A DNA stretch of 64,000 bases from assembly GCA_977018835.1 (NCBI GenBank), contig OZ361261.1, positions 992,001 through 1,056,000 on the forward strand, given 5' to 3'. Shown one piece after another: positions 47,501-58,573 of this stretch (position 1 is the stretch's first letter; every line of letters begins with the position of its first letter). The translations under genes were made by a program, and so were the position numbers. The notes beneath the pieces are model-generated. The model did not search any database. It was not told the origin of the DNA and was given only the letters and a program-made list of their open reading frames with translations. This DNA is from Minutocellus sp. GHC0000111. Taxonomy: Eukaryota.

Positions 47501-49171
47501 TCATATCACGCTAAACTCAAAGTCCAGCAGTTGCAGAGCTTGAGATAATGACAAACCAAAAAATATTGCACCTGAGACCGCACGTGTATCGACATGTCGA
47601 CCAAGTGATGGCATTAGAAATTCACCAACGACGTGACCCATCTTCATCATGCAATATGAAGCCAAAAGTGCTAGTGTTCCAGCTGTCCTAGGGTCAATCC
47701 CAGCTGCGCCTCCAGCTACCCCGCCGGCCAGATTGTTGAGAGTCATTGGGACGGCAATTCGCATGGCCTCCTTCAAATAATTATTTCCGGATCTGCTATC
47801 CATGGTAAGAGTCGATTCTGCCCCATCACCTCTCTTCCATGCGATCAGCTCATCCGCAGCCAAATACCCAAATATTAGTGCGGAAAATAACACTGCCATT
47901 GTTGGTGCCAGCTCTCCTAGAATGTGACCACCGGCGGCAGCCACGAAAGCACCGGCCGCATTCAAGAGTGAAATTATCGCGTTGGCGGTGGCATGTAGCG
48001 GTTTGTGCGACAAGCCGAGCGATGCTCCAACGGCAAAGTTATCGGTGCTGCTGCCACATGCGAGGAGAAAAGCGTACCACATGAGGGGGTTCACTTCTAC
48101 TTGACTTGTGACGTTCGTGGCCATAGTGGCAGGCTGGGTGGGTGGGTGGGTGGCTGCCACGGCACCTGCGCCGATGCCATCTGCTACAAGTTCCGAGGAT
48201 CCAGCCGCTATCGCCAGCCGGGATGCTGTCGTCGCTACGCCATCGACGGCAGCACCATCGGTTGCCAATTCCGTCGCCGCGGTACCTACCAGCGCCGCGG
48301 TTGCTCCTGCCCTGGCGGCCGTGGCAGCCGCCGCCGCCGTGGTAGTGCCAGCCCTGGCCGCGGCAACCGTTGAGGCTGCCGTGCCGGCCTTGCCGGTCGC
48401 CGAGGCCACTCCCGCGGCACCAGCTCCACCAACGGCTGCAGTACGGGCTGCCGCAACGCTCCCCCCAGCTGTCACTGCCGCCCGTCCCGTGTTGGCTGCA
48501 GCAGCACCAGTGACAGCAGTTGATGTAGTAGTAGACGTCGACCCACCGACGACCGCTGTAGTGGCCGCAACTCCAGTAGTGGTGGCCGTCCGAGCTGCCG
48601 TTATCGTAGAGCCGGCCGAGGCCAGACAACTGCCCGCCGTACCAGCTGTACTTGCAGTAGTTGTGGAGGTACCGACCACCGAGGCGGTACCACTGGCGGT
48701 AGCAGCCACGCCGGTGGCCGCCGTGGTGGCCGTCCGAGCGGCGGTGATCGTTCCCACGGCTCCAGTACCTCCTCCGGCCGCGCCCTCGCCCATCGCCACG
48801 GCCCCACCGACGGCGGCGGCTGCACCCACGGCGGCGGCGGTCGAATTGGAACCATCGCCGGCCTCGGTGGCAAAGAAGAATTGAGGTTCGGGAGCTGGTG
48901 CGGGAGGAGGAGGTGGGGGTGGTGGCGGCGGCTCTTCCTTCTTTCGTCCAAACAGGTGAAGCCGAGTTGCTGAAGAGCTGGTACGAGTGTCAGCTTGAGT
49001 CGAAGGAGGGATACCAGTACGTCTTGTGCTCGTTTTGGGGATTTGCAAAGATACGGTGGGACAGAAGGCATGTGACGCTTGTTCATTAGTAGCTCCCAGC
49101 AGAACGAGGGCTGGAAGGGCGGCAGCTCGATGGCGTCGTCGCCGGCGGCGTTGGTGTCGGTTGGCGTTCAT
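47501..49171 (-). CDS. MntP/YtaF-like membrane protein with a long Ala/Thr/Gly linker, probably plastid-targeted
   Basis: SSTDNFAVGASLG and MTLNNLAGGVAGG repeat halves with about 6 TM segments. The N-terminal signal ends SHA-F. Confidence 0.7.
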   Translation of the reverse strand: MNANRHQRRRRRRHRAAALPALVLLGATNEQASHAFCPTVSLQIPKTSTRRTGIPPSTQADTRTSSSATRLHLFGRKKEEPPPPPPPPPPAPAPEPQFFFATEAGDGSNSTAAAVGAAAAVGGAVAMGEGAAGGGTGAVGTITAARTATTAATGVAATASGTASVVGTSTTTASTAGTAGSCLASAGSTITAARTATTTGVAATTAVVGGSTSTTTSTAVTGAAAANTGRAAVTAGGSVAAARTAAVGGAGAAGVASATGKAGTAASTVAAARAGTTTAAAAATAARAGATAALVGTAATELATDGAAVDGVATTASRLAIAAGSSELVADGIGAGAVAATHPPTQPATMATNVTSQVEVNPLMWYAFLLACGSSTDNFAVGASLGLSHKPLHATANAIISLLNAAGAFVAAAGGHILGELAPTMAVLFSALIFGYLAADELIAWKRGDGAESTLTMDSRSGNNYLKEAMRIAVPMTLNNLAGGVAGGAAGIDPRTAGTLALLASYCMMKMGHVVGEFLMPSLGRHVDTRAVSGAIFFGLSLSQALQLLDFEFSVI

Positions 49172-49284
49172 CGTCGACGTTCTCCCGAAGAAAAATGAGG
49201 CGGATTGCAGGTGATTTTTGAGGCAGGTAGAGTTGGTCCCGAAACCGTCGTCAGTCGTCATTTTTCCCGCCCGCGATCGGTATC

Positions 49285-50100
49285 ATGACGATGGTCCGCC
49301 CTACTCGATGCATGCGTCTCATCCTCGCGGCGGTGGCAGTGACCCTGCTGCTGTCGAGACCGGCATCATCATTTGCCCCTCATCCTACTGCGAGTAGTAT
49401 CTCGTCACCAGTACGACCCCCAGTTACTACCGCAAATCATCAAGCTTACGTGCCAACGAGCATCTCGTCATCAGCGGCAGCACGGTCCCAAACTCCTCCC
49501 GCACATCGCCACAAAGCCCTGCTCGACCCGTACCTGCTGGAAACTACCGCTGCCTCTGCATCTGCCTCCTCCTACTCATCGCTCCTGTACGCCGATGCCA
49601 TTGGGTCCTCGGCAGATTCCATCAAGACGGCCTTCAGCGTCGCCACGTTCCTTCCCCAACCGTTCTGGCTGTTCCTGATTCTTCTGCCCAACGCCGGCAT
49701 CACCAAGAAGCTCTTCGGCAACCTCATCACTGTATTCTGTCTGGTGCACTTTTTCATCGTCGTTACCTCCATATTGGAGCCGGGCGGTACGGCACCGATG
49801 GCAGAATTCAACGACGTGTTCGATCCCAGTGGTGATCCGCAGGCCGCCATGATCGGGATGATGCGCTACCCCAACTTTGTCAGTGAGGAATGGAGTCATG
49901 TATTGACTTGGGACCTCTTTGTAGGCCGCTTTATTTGGCTTGATGGTATAAAGAGAGGAGTCTTCACCAGCCATTCGGTTCTGTTGTGCAACCTAATTGG
50001 ACCTCCGGGCGTTCTATTACACCTGGCCACTTGTCTTGTTACCGGTAAGGGACTTCCGCCGAGTGAAGTGCCAGACGATGATGATGAAACCGAAGCATGA
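49285..50100 (+). CDS. ABA4: ABA4-like (DUF4281) plastid membrane protein
   Basis: PFWLFLILLP..ITKKL, WSHVLTWDLFVGRFIWLDG and HSVLLCNLIGPPG motifs; ASS-F presequence. Confidence 0.85.
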   Translation: MTMVRPTRCMRLILAAVAVTLLLSRPASSFAPHPTASSISSPVRPPVTTANHQAYVPTSISSSAAARSQTPPAHRHKALLDPYLLETTAASASASSYSSLLYADAIGSSADSIKTAFSVATFLPQPFWLFLILLPNAGITKKLFGNLITVFCLVHFFIVVTSILEPGGTAPMAEFNDVFDPSGDPQAAMIGMMRYPNFVSEEWSHVLTWDLFVGRFIWLDGIKRGVFTSHSVLLCNLIGPPGVLLHLATCLVTGKGLPPSEVPDDDDETEA

Positions 50101-50187
50101 TCGCTGTAATTCGTATTATTGATTTGACTCTGGGATAGTTCAGGGTGCTAAATTAAAGTTCTTATGCCTTCATATGAATCAATAAGT

Positions 50188-52446
50188 CTATTCATCATCA
50201 TCATCACCATCATCACCATCATCATCATCATCATCACCATCAATGCTCTCATCAATTCCCGTACGGAAAAGGAATCGCTGAATATTGCGCAGTGGTGAAG
50301 ATGCTGTGATGATTGGCGAAGCGCCAACATCGCGCTCCAATCCCTGCAACCGACCCAGCTCCTCTCCGAGTGATATTGCATTGGCAACAGAGGCTGTATC
50401 ATCTTGCAGTAAATCGTATTGCTGTGCTCTATCATCTTCCTCCCCTGGACTACTGGTATCCCCATACAGAAATGATGCATCTGCACGCTGGGTGCGAAAC
50501 AATCTCGCAAAAGTTTCGCCATCATTTTCCGTATTGAGATGCCGCATCATCCTCAGACTTAACAAGACACATGATAACCCAACGCCCAAGGCAAAGGCAA
50601 GCTCCAGCGCAATGAGGAGTGTCACCCACGAGGACGATTGAGGCGGTGGTGCAGTATATCCAAAGGCTTTGTCGGGCACATACATATTGAAAACAACTGC
50701 AGCCGTTGCCGTACATGTGGAGCTACATCCAACTTTGTCAAGCGGATTACTGAACCGCCTGGCACCAAACGCTGATGGGAATGCTGTGTTATTTGGGCAT
50801 GAAGATAAATTGGTACTCTCAAGGCGACAAATCACGTTCAGCGTTGAGTTCCGAATGTATCGTCCGAGCCCTCCGAGCCCCCCTCCCATGAGTCCATAAG
50901 ATGTGAAGTAATTCACCGTTGGATCTACAATGGCTTGGTCTCTGCATCCTGCAATCGATGAAATAGGATATTCGCCGCACTGAAACTTGTGTCGCCCCTT
51001 TCCTTGTAGCTCATACGCCATCGCTGTCGCTTTCTCATCAAAATTGCCCTGCAAGTTCTCTCCCCAGCCCCATGCACCCAAAAAGCTACTCGAAACCAGA
51101 ACACCAATAGTTACTGTTTCATTCGTTTGTGTATAAGTCTCATTTCTCTCGCCTGTCTTGCTGAACGTGACCGCTCGAGATTGATATGATCTGCTCTTTT
51201 CATTCCACAAAGAATCAAGGATTTGAGTCGATCTCTCGGATCGAGCGGCCAGGTCCTTGAGCTCGAGCCGAGTAAGGCATTTTGGTTTGAGAACATCCTC
51301 CGAAAACAATATTTATCCTATCGTCAACAAGTCTTGGTCTGCCCTTGCCAGTGCCGCAACATTTCCAACATCAATCATTGCAAAGGGACACCTCTCCAAA
51401 AGATGTGTCTCAAAGCTGTTTTGTGCTCCAGTGGCATTCTTATTAGCACCAAACGATATGGTCGCATTTCTTTGGCAGTCAACCAAGTACAGCATGGCAT
51501 CATAAACTCGTTTCTCTCTCGGAAAATTATACGATTTCATAACTTCGATCGGTATTTGGAACGTAGGCGACCAACTTTCTGAATCCATCTGCTCAATGAG
51601 TGGCTGCATTGCTTCTTCCCAGAATGGCGACGATTGTTCTACGTTGGACTCCCACGGATGGATAACATTATAACATAAGACGCTTTGCTCTTCTTCGTAA
51701 TTACCTCTCACATTACACCCTCTTATTACATCCTCGTGGAGAAAACGATGGTAACGATCCAGTCGACTGAAAGTTCGGCCCAATCCCAGTAGATCGGCAT
51801 CGGTTTGATTCGAAAGATAAAAAGAGTGCAGAGCCACAGTGGCATGAAATGGCGGAGAGGATATTCTTCCCGATGCAAATATTGGCGGTGCATCATCGGC
51901 CACGGCAGGTGTATACTCCTTGGGAGCAGTCCCATCAAAGAAACTTGCAGATGGAAAAGCCGTCCCGGGTATGTATTGCGATTGACTGTGAGATGAATTC
52001 CCGTTGAACGGGTACGCATATCGAGGCATGTGGCCATTGCTACCCGCTGATGCCCATATGGTATCAAGAATTTCCCATGCAAAAGCTGAAAAGTCGTTTG
52101 TAGTGCTATTGGCATTGACATCGGCATCCAGGTCGGCACCGCCCGTTTTGGCAAGTGCCCGTGCCGCCAAGAGAGCCGAGGTGCTTTCCTGGAGGGGTAG
52201 AAAATTCAAAGATTCCGTCGCCCATCCATAATGCATAAAGGCGGTCGAAGGCTGGCAAGGAGAGATGAATGTTCTTGACGTTTGCTTGTTCGATTGTTGA
52301 GGTAACCGTCGCTTGCGTCGGATTGCTTCTGTGGCGGTTGCGCGCTGGGAAGATTGAGGCGGGTTGGCGATGATGTTGATGTTCGCTAGAAGCACACGAA
52401 GCGCGGAATCCGCTAACGAGCGTTGATCATCTAACGATCGATGCAT
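50188..52446 (-). CDS. MGH1/GH63-like glycoside hydrolase-fold protein with C-terminal TM and acidic tail; in-frame TAA at 51313-51315
   Basis: GHMPR, ISSPPFHA, IHPWESNVEQSSPFW and FAMIDVGNVAALARADQDL resemble MGH1-like motifs. ORFs 51313-52554 and 50188-51309 are the same frame. The start is uncertain. Confidence 0.65.
50191..50243. repeat. (CAT/CAC)n microsatellite encoding the poly-Asp/Gly tail
   Basis: Run of catcatcat..caccatcat. Confidence 0.85.
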
Positions 52447-52713
52447 TGTTGGAACATATCCGGGGAGACTGGAGCTAGGAATTCCTACCAGAGCAGGAGA
52501 GCGGCTCGAGCAGCTCGAGCGGCTCAAGTGAGGAGTGAGCGAGGTGAGCGTCAAATGGTGAATTTCCGGGTGCTTTCAATATGATTGAGAACGCAAGCAA
52601 ATCCAGCAAATGGGGCAAAGATACGCCCACGATACAGTTTGAGTTGGCATTTGACGATCCCCTGCGACAAGAGAGCTCAGGACCACTACCAATCAAGAAG
52701 AAGACAGTTTGAT

Positions 52714-53349
52714 ATGATGATCTCTACCGCCATCCGATCGCATGCCGTCAGGGCTGCAATTCGTTCTGCGATGCCTCGATTAATAGTGGCGCCAACCATA
52801 ATCGCAGCTGGTCATCTGCCAGCAGCCATCCAGAACAAACATGACAAAGTAGGATTCTCATCAGGTGCAGGCGCAAACACAAGTCGCCCTTTTCAGATAC
52901 TTGGTCTGCAGCAGATTGCCGTCGGGTCGCTGTCCAAGGAGTCCATGTCCAACATTTGGATCGATATCTTTGGCATTGCAAAGACGGGCACGTACAAGTC
53001 CGACAGGGAAAATGTAGACGAAGATATTCTGAAACTTGGACCGGAGGGCTCACCATACGTGGTGGAGGTTGATGTAATGACCCCACTCGATCCAGACAAG
53101 AGTCCCAAGGTTCATGTGCCGCCGTTGAATCACATTGGCCTCTGGGTCGACGACCTACCCTCCGCGGTCTCTTGGATGGAGAAAAAGGGTGTTCGCTTCA
53201 CTCCTGGCGGAATCCGCAAGGGTGCAGCGGGTCACGATGTCACTTTTATCCATCCCAAAGGAAATGAAAACGCCCCGATCGGTGGGGCTGGGGTGCTGAT
53301 TGAGCTGGTTCAGGCCCCGCCGGATGTTATTGATGCTCTAAAGTCCTGA
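52714..53349 (+). CDS. VOC/glyoxalase-family protein, methylmalonyl-CoA epimerase-like, mitochondrial presequence
   Basis: [46 protein letters not shown] and GVLIELVQ. The N-terminus is Arg/Ser/Ala-rich. Confidence 0.85.
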   Translation: MMISTAIRSHAVRAAIRSAMPRLIVAPTIIAAGHLPAAIQNKHDKVGFSSGAGANTSRPFQILGLQQIAVGSLSKESMSNIWIDIFGIAKTGTYKSDRENVDEDILKLGPEGSPYVVEVDVMTPLDPDKSPKVHVPPLNHIGLWVDDLPSAVSWMEKKGVRFTPGGIRKGAAGHDVTFIHPKGNENAPIGGAGVLIELVQAPPDVIDALKS

Positions 53350-53566
53350 AAGGTCTTGTGTGTGGAGATGGAGTGAATCATTGAAGGACTAATCCAGCCG
53401 TAGGTCAACATTGGCAGGATCCCTACGTAACTAGGATACAACATGGCATAATATTTTATTTGGTTCTTCATTTATCTAATTATGGATAATGTATGAGACT
53501 ATGTGCGATGTTAGTGGGTAGATCTGTGTTCAGACCATCCCATCCAGACGAGAGTGGGCCCACTTT

Positions 53567-54808
53567 CTACTCCTTGGCCTCCTCGGATTCCATCATTTCC
53601 TTGTCGGATTCATGCACGTACGGGTACCATTCCTCGGGATGCTGGAAGCCATCCCACGGCTTGCTGGGTCCAGACCAGTGGAAGACGCAGGCATCCTCCA
53701 GGGACATGTCCTCCCGCTCGTCAATGGTCTTCATCTTGACATTCCACGACAACGGCAGATGCTCAAAGTTCTCACCAATGGTAAGGGCCAGAGGGGGCTG
53801 ACTTCCCATCCTCCAATATCTGTACTCGCGGTTCTTGAGCGCCAGCTGACGAATCTTCTCGGTCAGTCCCTGCTTCCTCCATCGGTCCAGGTTGACAAAG
53901 TACACACCGGCATTGAAGGAGGTCTCGATGCCCCAGTCGGGGATGGGATTGCGGTACTTGTCCTTCTCGTATAGGCCCTTGGGCTTGCCCTCGACGGGGA
54001 TGGCGGCAATGGCCGGGCCGTTGTCGTCGTCTCCGTTCAGAACCTTTCGGGCCATCTCCACGACGTCGCATTTGACAATGGTATCGCTGTCGATCCACAT
54101 GGCCTTCTTGACGTGGGGCAAAAACAGATCCATGACGAACCGCACGTAGTTGGGCAGGTTGCGATTGAGGTTGACGTTCTCCCTCTCCGTCTTGTGGCGG
54201 GAGTGGGTGTTGATGAACTCGTCGAGCTTGTACTTGTGCTTGAGCTTGCTGATGGGATAGAACCGAACGTAGGGCATGCCCTCGAGAGGTTCGTCGCCGA
54301 TGAAGTGGAAGATGACATGACCGGACGCATGGGCCTTTACTGATCGGATGCTGGCCTTGGTACCAATCACCGTCTGGGCATCGGAGGAGTAGACCAGATG
54401 GATTGGCTCTCCGTTGTCGTCTTCGTCGTCGTATTCGTCTCCATCCTCCAAAGACCTACTGCTTCGGACGGAAGAAAGACGACGGAGGGCGCCGGCAGAA
54501 TTCGTTCGAATTATTTCCCGTTTGTTGTGAGTGCTGGCGGAGGAGGCATTGTGGATGCCATCGTACACGGCGCGAGAGGCAACACCGACGGCGGCACCGA
54601 CCAGAACCACGGCACCGGCGGCGGCAAGAAGGAACGAAAGACTTCTCTTCCGGGAGATACGAGAAGTAGAGGCTGATGGGGAAACCTCCATGGCATCGTC
54701 ATCGTTCAGTGGAGTGGCCGAGAGTTGCGGAGCATTGTCGGACGTGCCGCAGGATGTGTCGGTTTCCATTATGGTCGGGAGAGGCTCGCAATGTCTGTCG
54801 TACATCAT
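53567..54808 (-). CDS. Glycosyltransferase family 8, type II membrane protein (copy A)
   Basis: N-terminal TM, NYVRF, WIDSD (DxD), FNAGVY, GSQPPL, LPLSWN and HWSGPSKPW. Confidence 0.9.
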   Translation of the reverse strand: MMYDRHCEPLPTIMETDTSCGTSDNAPQLSATPLNDDDAMEVSPSASTSRISRKRSLSFLLAAAGAVVLVGAAVGVASRAVYDGIHNASSASTHNKREIIRTNSAGALRRLSSVRSSRSLEDGDEYDDEDDNGEPIHLVYSSDAQTVIGTKASIRSVKAHASGHVIFHFIGDEPLEGMPYVRFYPISKLKHKYKLDEFINTHSRHKTERENVNLNRNLPNYVRFVMDLFLPHVKKAMWIDSDTIVKCDVVEMARKVLNGDDDNGPAIAAIPVEGKPKGLYEKDKYRNPIPDWGIETSFNAGVYFVNLDRWRKQGLTEKIRQLALKNREYRYWRMGSQPPLALTIGENFEHLPLSWNVKMKTIDEREDMSLEDACVFHWSGPSKPWDGFQHPEEWYPYVHESDKEMMESEEAKE

Positions 54809-55136
54809 CTTTTGCTTTGCCTTGCTTTTGCTTTGCTTGTGGAAGAAAAGGAAAATGAGATATGAAATGAACCGTCGAGAGCCGATAGATAGAGGCACCA
54901 AAGACGGCAATAATTTGAACTGGAGCCTTCCTCCCAAATTTTCGTTCTTGACTGGACAAGTTTAGCCAGATTAGACACCCGGAAATGACGGCACATGACA
55001 GGCAGGCTTGCTTGAAATCCGTTCAGCCAAGTCTTGGCCGGCGAAATTTGAGCAGGTCGCTTCGCCGCTTCACTTGTTCAACTTCTTATACCATCGGTGG
55101 AATCCATCTACCGCCAATCCATCTACCGCCAATCAC

Positions 55137-58100
55137 ATGACTTTGGAGGTAGACGACGAGTTCCGCGCATCCTTTCAAGAGAGCAAAGTAATGGACATAC
55201 CCGATCCGACCGATATTGAATTTTCACCCGATGGCAACCTTATGCTGGTAACGACCAAGTTGGGAAAGGTGTGGGCAATAACTAACTTTGCGAACGACGA
55301 TGGTGACAACAACTCTGCCCAAAAGACGGAAGTTCTCGACATGTCTACTCGGTTGTGCACCAATGGCGAGAGAGGACTGGGCGGTGTGGCCTTCCATCCG
55401 CAATTCGGCCGGGCCAATCACTGGGTCTATCTGTATTACACCTATGAAAATGATTCGGATTGCTATGCGGATGGTGAATTGGGCAAGGGTCCTGTCAATC
55501 GGTTGTCCAGATTTGACATGCCAGCGATTGCATCTGGCAAGAATGGCGTAATAGATGTGAACAGTGAGGTTGTATACTTCCATACCCCACCTTTGCCCAA
55601 GAATCACCACAATAGTGGCGACATCGCATTTGGTAAGGATGGCTATCTATATGTCACAGTTGGAGACGGTGGAACACGAACAGACGAAAATAAGGACGGG
55701 GTTCCCTATCCGCAAGCCTTGGACAAGTTGCTTGGTAAGATCGTGCGCCTTACAGACCTTGGTGAGATTCCTCCCGACAATCCATACACCCCGACCAATG
55801 GCCATTCCAATTCGGCTCGGTTTAGTTTGACCGGTGGAGAGGCCGAGAAACCAGACATCAAGTGTCAAGAAATTTACGCTAGCGGTCTGCGAAATCCTTG
55901 GCGATTCGCTCATGATCCCAATGCCGATGGAGTTCGTTTCTTCATCAACGATGTCGGAAGGAAGACATGGGAGCGCATCCTGGACGGTGAGATGGGAGCC
56001 AATTATGGCTATCCTTTCCGTGAAGGGCCATGTTTGGCAACCGAAGAAAAGAACTGCGAGCCCGATGCAAGATACAAAGACCCGACTCATTGGTACAAGC
56101 ACGATGCGGAGGATGGGGGCGCTGTAACTGGCGCGGCTTGGTATCCCAACGACTCTGGACGGCCGGAAAGCTTTGCGGGATCATATTTATATGCCGAGTA
56201 TGCGAGTGGGGGGATTTTTCGCATCAAGGAAAATGCCGATGGATGCTCCTTTCCCAAATGCGATCCGCCAATATCCAACTTCGCCTCATCCACTCAGGTT
56301 TTATCAGGTCTGAAAAAGATTGTGTCCATGGCATTTGGTCCGCATCACTATGGTCGGAAGGCTCTTTATGTTGTCTCGCGGGGGCATACTGGTAATCGCG
56401 GAGACGAAGGTGTCTTTCGGGTAGCCTTCACCGGTGAAAAGACTCCTGTGGTACCGGCAGATTCGTCCGAAGGCTCGGTAGAGATTCCATTTGCAACCGT
56501 GGCCAACCGGGGACCTACCATTGCCAACGCAGAAGCAAGTGTGCAATACGGATTTGCCCCTCTTACGGTTGATTTTTCGGCTTTAGCTCTGGATGTTGAT
56601 GGCGATGCCTTGACCTACGCTTGGGACTTCGATGGTGATGGTGAGAGGGATGCCAAGTCACCTCAAGCAACGCATACATTCAAATCTGCCGGGACGTATG
56701 AGGCAATCCTCACAGTAAAGGATGGTCGAGGTGGCAAGGAAACGGCCACAGTCGTGATTGAGGTTGCCAACACCCCGCCGAGACCTAGAATCGACAGTCC
56801 TGAGGAAGATTTCATGTTCAACGTGGGCGACAAGATCAAGCTCATTGGATCGGCGATTGATGCTGAGGATGGCGATGACATGCCCAAGCTTTCTTGGGAG
56901 GTCATCCTTCACCACAAGGATCACTTTGACCAAGTTCTACCACCAACGGAGGGTAAAAAGGTAAAATTTGAGGCTCCGGCGCCAATTGACTTATCATCTG
57001 CCTCCTCGAGCTACCTTATCGCAAAACTCACGGCGACAGATTCGCATGGGCTTTCTACGACTATTGAGCAAATAATTCTGCCCGAAATTGCCGATATTAA
57101 AGTTGATTCTGAACCATCCGGGCTGACCATCGTGGCAAATGAAGAGTCTTTTGTAACCCCTGCAGTTATTAAATCTTGGGCGGGTCAGACGCTTTCTTTG
57201 GAACCACCAAAAAACCAAACTCTCGATGGTATTGAATATGCCTTCAACACGTGGTCAGACGGTGGGTCACGCCGCCAATCGATTGAAGTGCCCTCCTCTC
57301 GCTCCTCGCAAGACGCATTGATTGCACAATTTCGGCGAACCTCGCCCTTTGTGGATATTGGCAAGCCTGCCGACGATTCGACTTTTGCCATTGGTGATGT
57401 TCTTGATCTAATTGGTGATGCGAGGGATGCTTCTGGAGAAGCTCTCCCTGACGAAAGCCTGAGGTGGGAGGTCAAACTATATAAAGAGGAAAGCGATGAC
57501 TCGGCGTTTGAGACTTTCCTCCAACCGACCGAAGGCCGGCACGTTGAAAAAGAAATCTCTGATATCGATATACAATCTTCGCCGCTCGCAATTTCACGCT
57601 TAGAAGTCATACTGACAGCCACTGATTCATCTGGTGCCACTGCGACGAAGAAGGTCAATCTTCTGCCGAGGAAAGTTGAAGTCACTTTCAATAGCAGTCC
57701 GGTACAGGGCCTCTACTTGCGCCTTGATGGCCAAAAATATATCACTCCTGTTACGATAACGACATGGGAAAATCACATTATCAATGTCAAGGCACCCTCC
57801 CAGCATGGCCCTATGTATGACGATGACGATGATATTGCAGAGAATGGCATCATGTATGCTTTCGACTCTTGGTCTGATGGTGGTGACCAAACACATGATT
57901 ATGTTGCGTCGTCAATGGACGGGGAGCACAATATTGTTTTGGCAAACTTTAAACCCTCTGTGGTTTGGACCAACGAAATTACGGAAACAAATAATGAAGA
58001 ACCATTACCTCAATCTGTGGGCCCAGCAGCAAATAGAGAAAATTCAAGGAACGAAGGTATCGGCATGATTGTTGTGTCTGCCTCTGTGTTCATCGTAGCC

Positions 58101-58463
58101 TCCTCTGTCTGTTTGTGGAAGAAGAGCAAGACGGCTCGGTCGAGGCATGCACTACATTTTTTGGCGGCGCAAAAGAATCTAAGCTACTTTTCTGGGGATG
58201 CCAGCACAGCGGAAGGTACCCCGACGCCGATTGGGTCGCCAGACCGTGGCTCTCTAACTATTGACGGTTTTGATCTTGACGATAGCTTTGAAGAAAATGA
58301 GGATGCTCGGGCTCCAAGCCCAACCGGATCACTGAAATTCGGAGATGATGGCCACGACGTGCGTCCCGCCGATCAATCTGGTATAATCGGTAGCTCGTCA
58401 GTGCCCTTGAGAACCGATTCCCTTGTAAAGGCCCTATCCTTCATGAGAGGCGACCTCGTATGA
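55137..58463 (+). CDS. PQQ-dependent glucose/sorbosone dehydrogenase (GSDH)-like propeller + PKD + Ig-like repeats + C-terminal TM
   Basis: ERGLGGVAFHP, HNSGDIAFGKDGYLYVTVGD, GKIVRL..IPPDNP, GLRNPWR and NYGYP; PKD motif YAWDFDGDG; two FxxWSDGG repeats; TM GMIVVSASVFIVASSVCLW. No introns needed. The start is uncertain. Confidence 0.85.
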   Translation: MTLEVDDEFRASFQESKVMDIPDPTDIEFSPDGNLMLVTTKLGKVWAITNFANDDGDNNSAQKTEVLDMSTRLCTNGERGLGGVAFHPQFGRANHWVYLYYTYENDSDCYADGELGKGPVNRLSRFDMPAIASGKNGVIDVNSEVVYFHTPPLPKNHHNSGDIAFGKDGYLYVTVGDGGTRTDENKDGVPYPQALDKLLGKIVRLTDLGEIPPDNPYTPTNGHSNSARFSLTGGEAEKPDIKCQEIYASGLRNPWRFAHDPNADGVRFFINDVGRKTWERILDGEMGANYGYPFREGPCLATEEKNCEPDARYKDPTHWYKHDAEDGGAVTGAAWYPNDSGRPESFAGSYLYAEYASGGIFRIKENADGCSFPKCDPPISNFASSTQVLSGLKKIVSMAFGPHHYGRKALYVVSRGHTGNRGDEGVFRVAFTGEKTPVVPADSSEGSVEIPFATVANRGPTIANAEASVQYGFAPLTVDFSALALDVDGDALTYAWDFDGDGERDAKSPQATHTFKSAGTYEAILTVKDGRGGKETATVVIEVANTPPRPRIDSPEEDFMFNVGDKIKLIGSAIDAEDGDDMPKLSWEVILHHKDHFDQVLPPTEGKKVKFEAPAPIDLSSASSSYLIAKLTATDSHGLSTTIEQIILPEIADIKVDSEPSGLTIVANEESFVTPAVIKSWAGQTLSLEPPKNQTLDGIEYAFNTWSDGGSRRQSIEVPSSRSSQDALIAQFRRTSPFVDIGKPADDSTFAIGDVLDLIGDARDASGEALPDESLRWEVKLYKEESDDSAFETFLQPTEGRHVEKEISDIDIQSSPLAISRLEVILTATDSSGATATKKVNLLPRKVEVTFNSSPVQGLYLRLDGQKYITPVTITTWENHIINVKAPSQHGPMYDDDDDIAENGIMYAFDSWSDGGDQTHDYVASSMDGEHNIVLANFKPSVVWTNEITETNNEEPLPQSVGPAANRENSRNEGIGMIVVSASVFIVASSVCLWKKSKTARSRHALHFLAAQKNLSYFSGDASTAEGTPTPIGSPDRGSLTIDGFDLDDSFEENEDARAPSPTGSLKFGDDGHDVRPADQSGIIGSSSVPLRTDSLVKALSFMRGDLV

Positions 58464-58573
58464 GGTTATGTACACATGCATGTCCAATGCGTTCCTTAAT
58501 ACATTTTGTACAATAAATATTAGAGCTAGAACTTTTTCGTTTGCATGTCTATACCATACGTAATGCGTATGTA

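Noticed and set aside
17677..51315. Genome-wide TAA/TGA reassignment
   Set aside because: TAA, TGA and TAG all end genes at expected C-termini here (e.g. MerC-like TAA, RNASEH2B TGA), and long conserved genes contain no internal stops.
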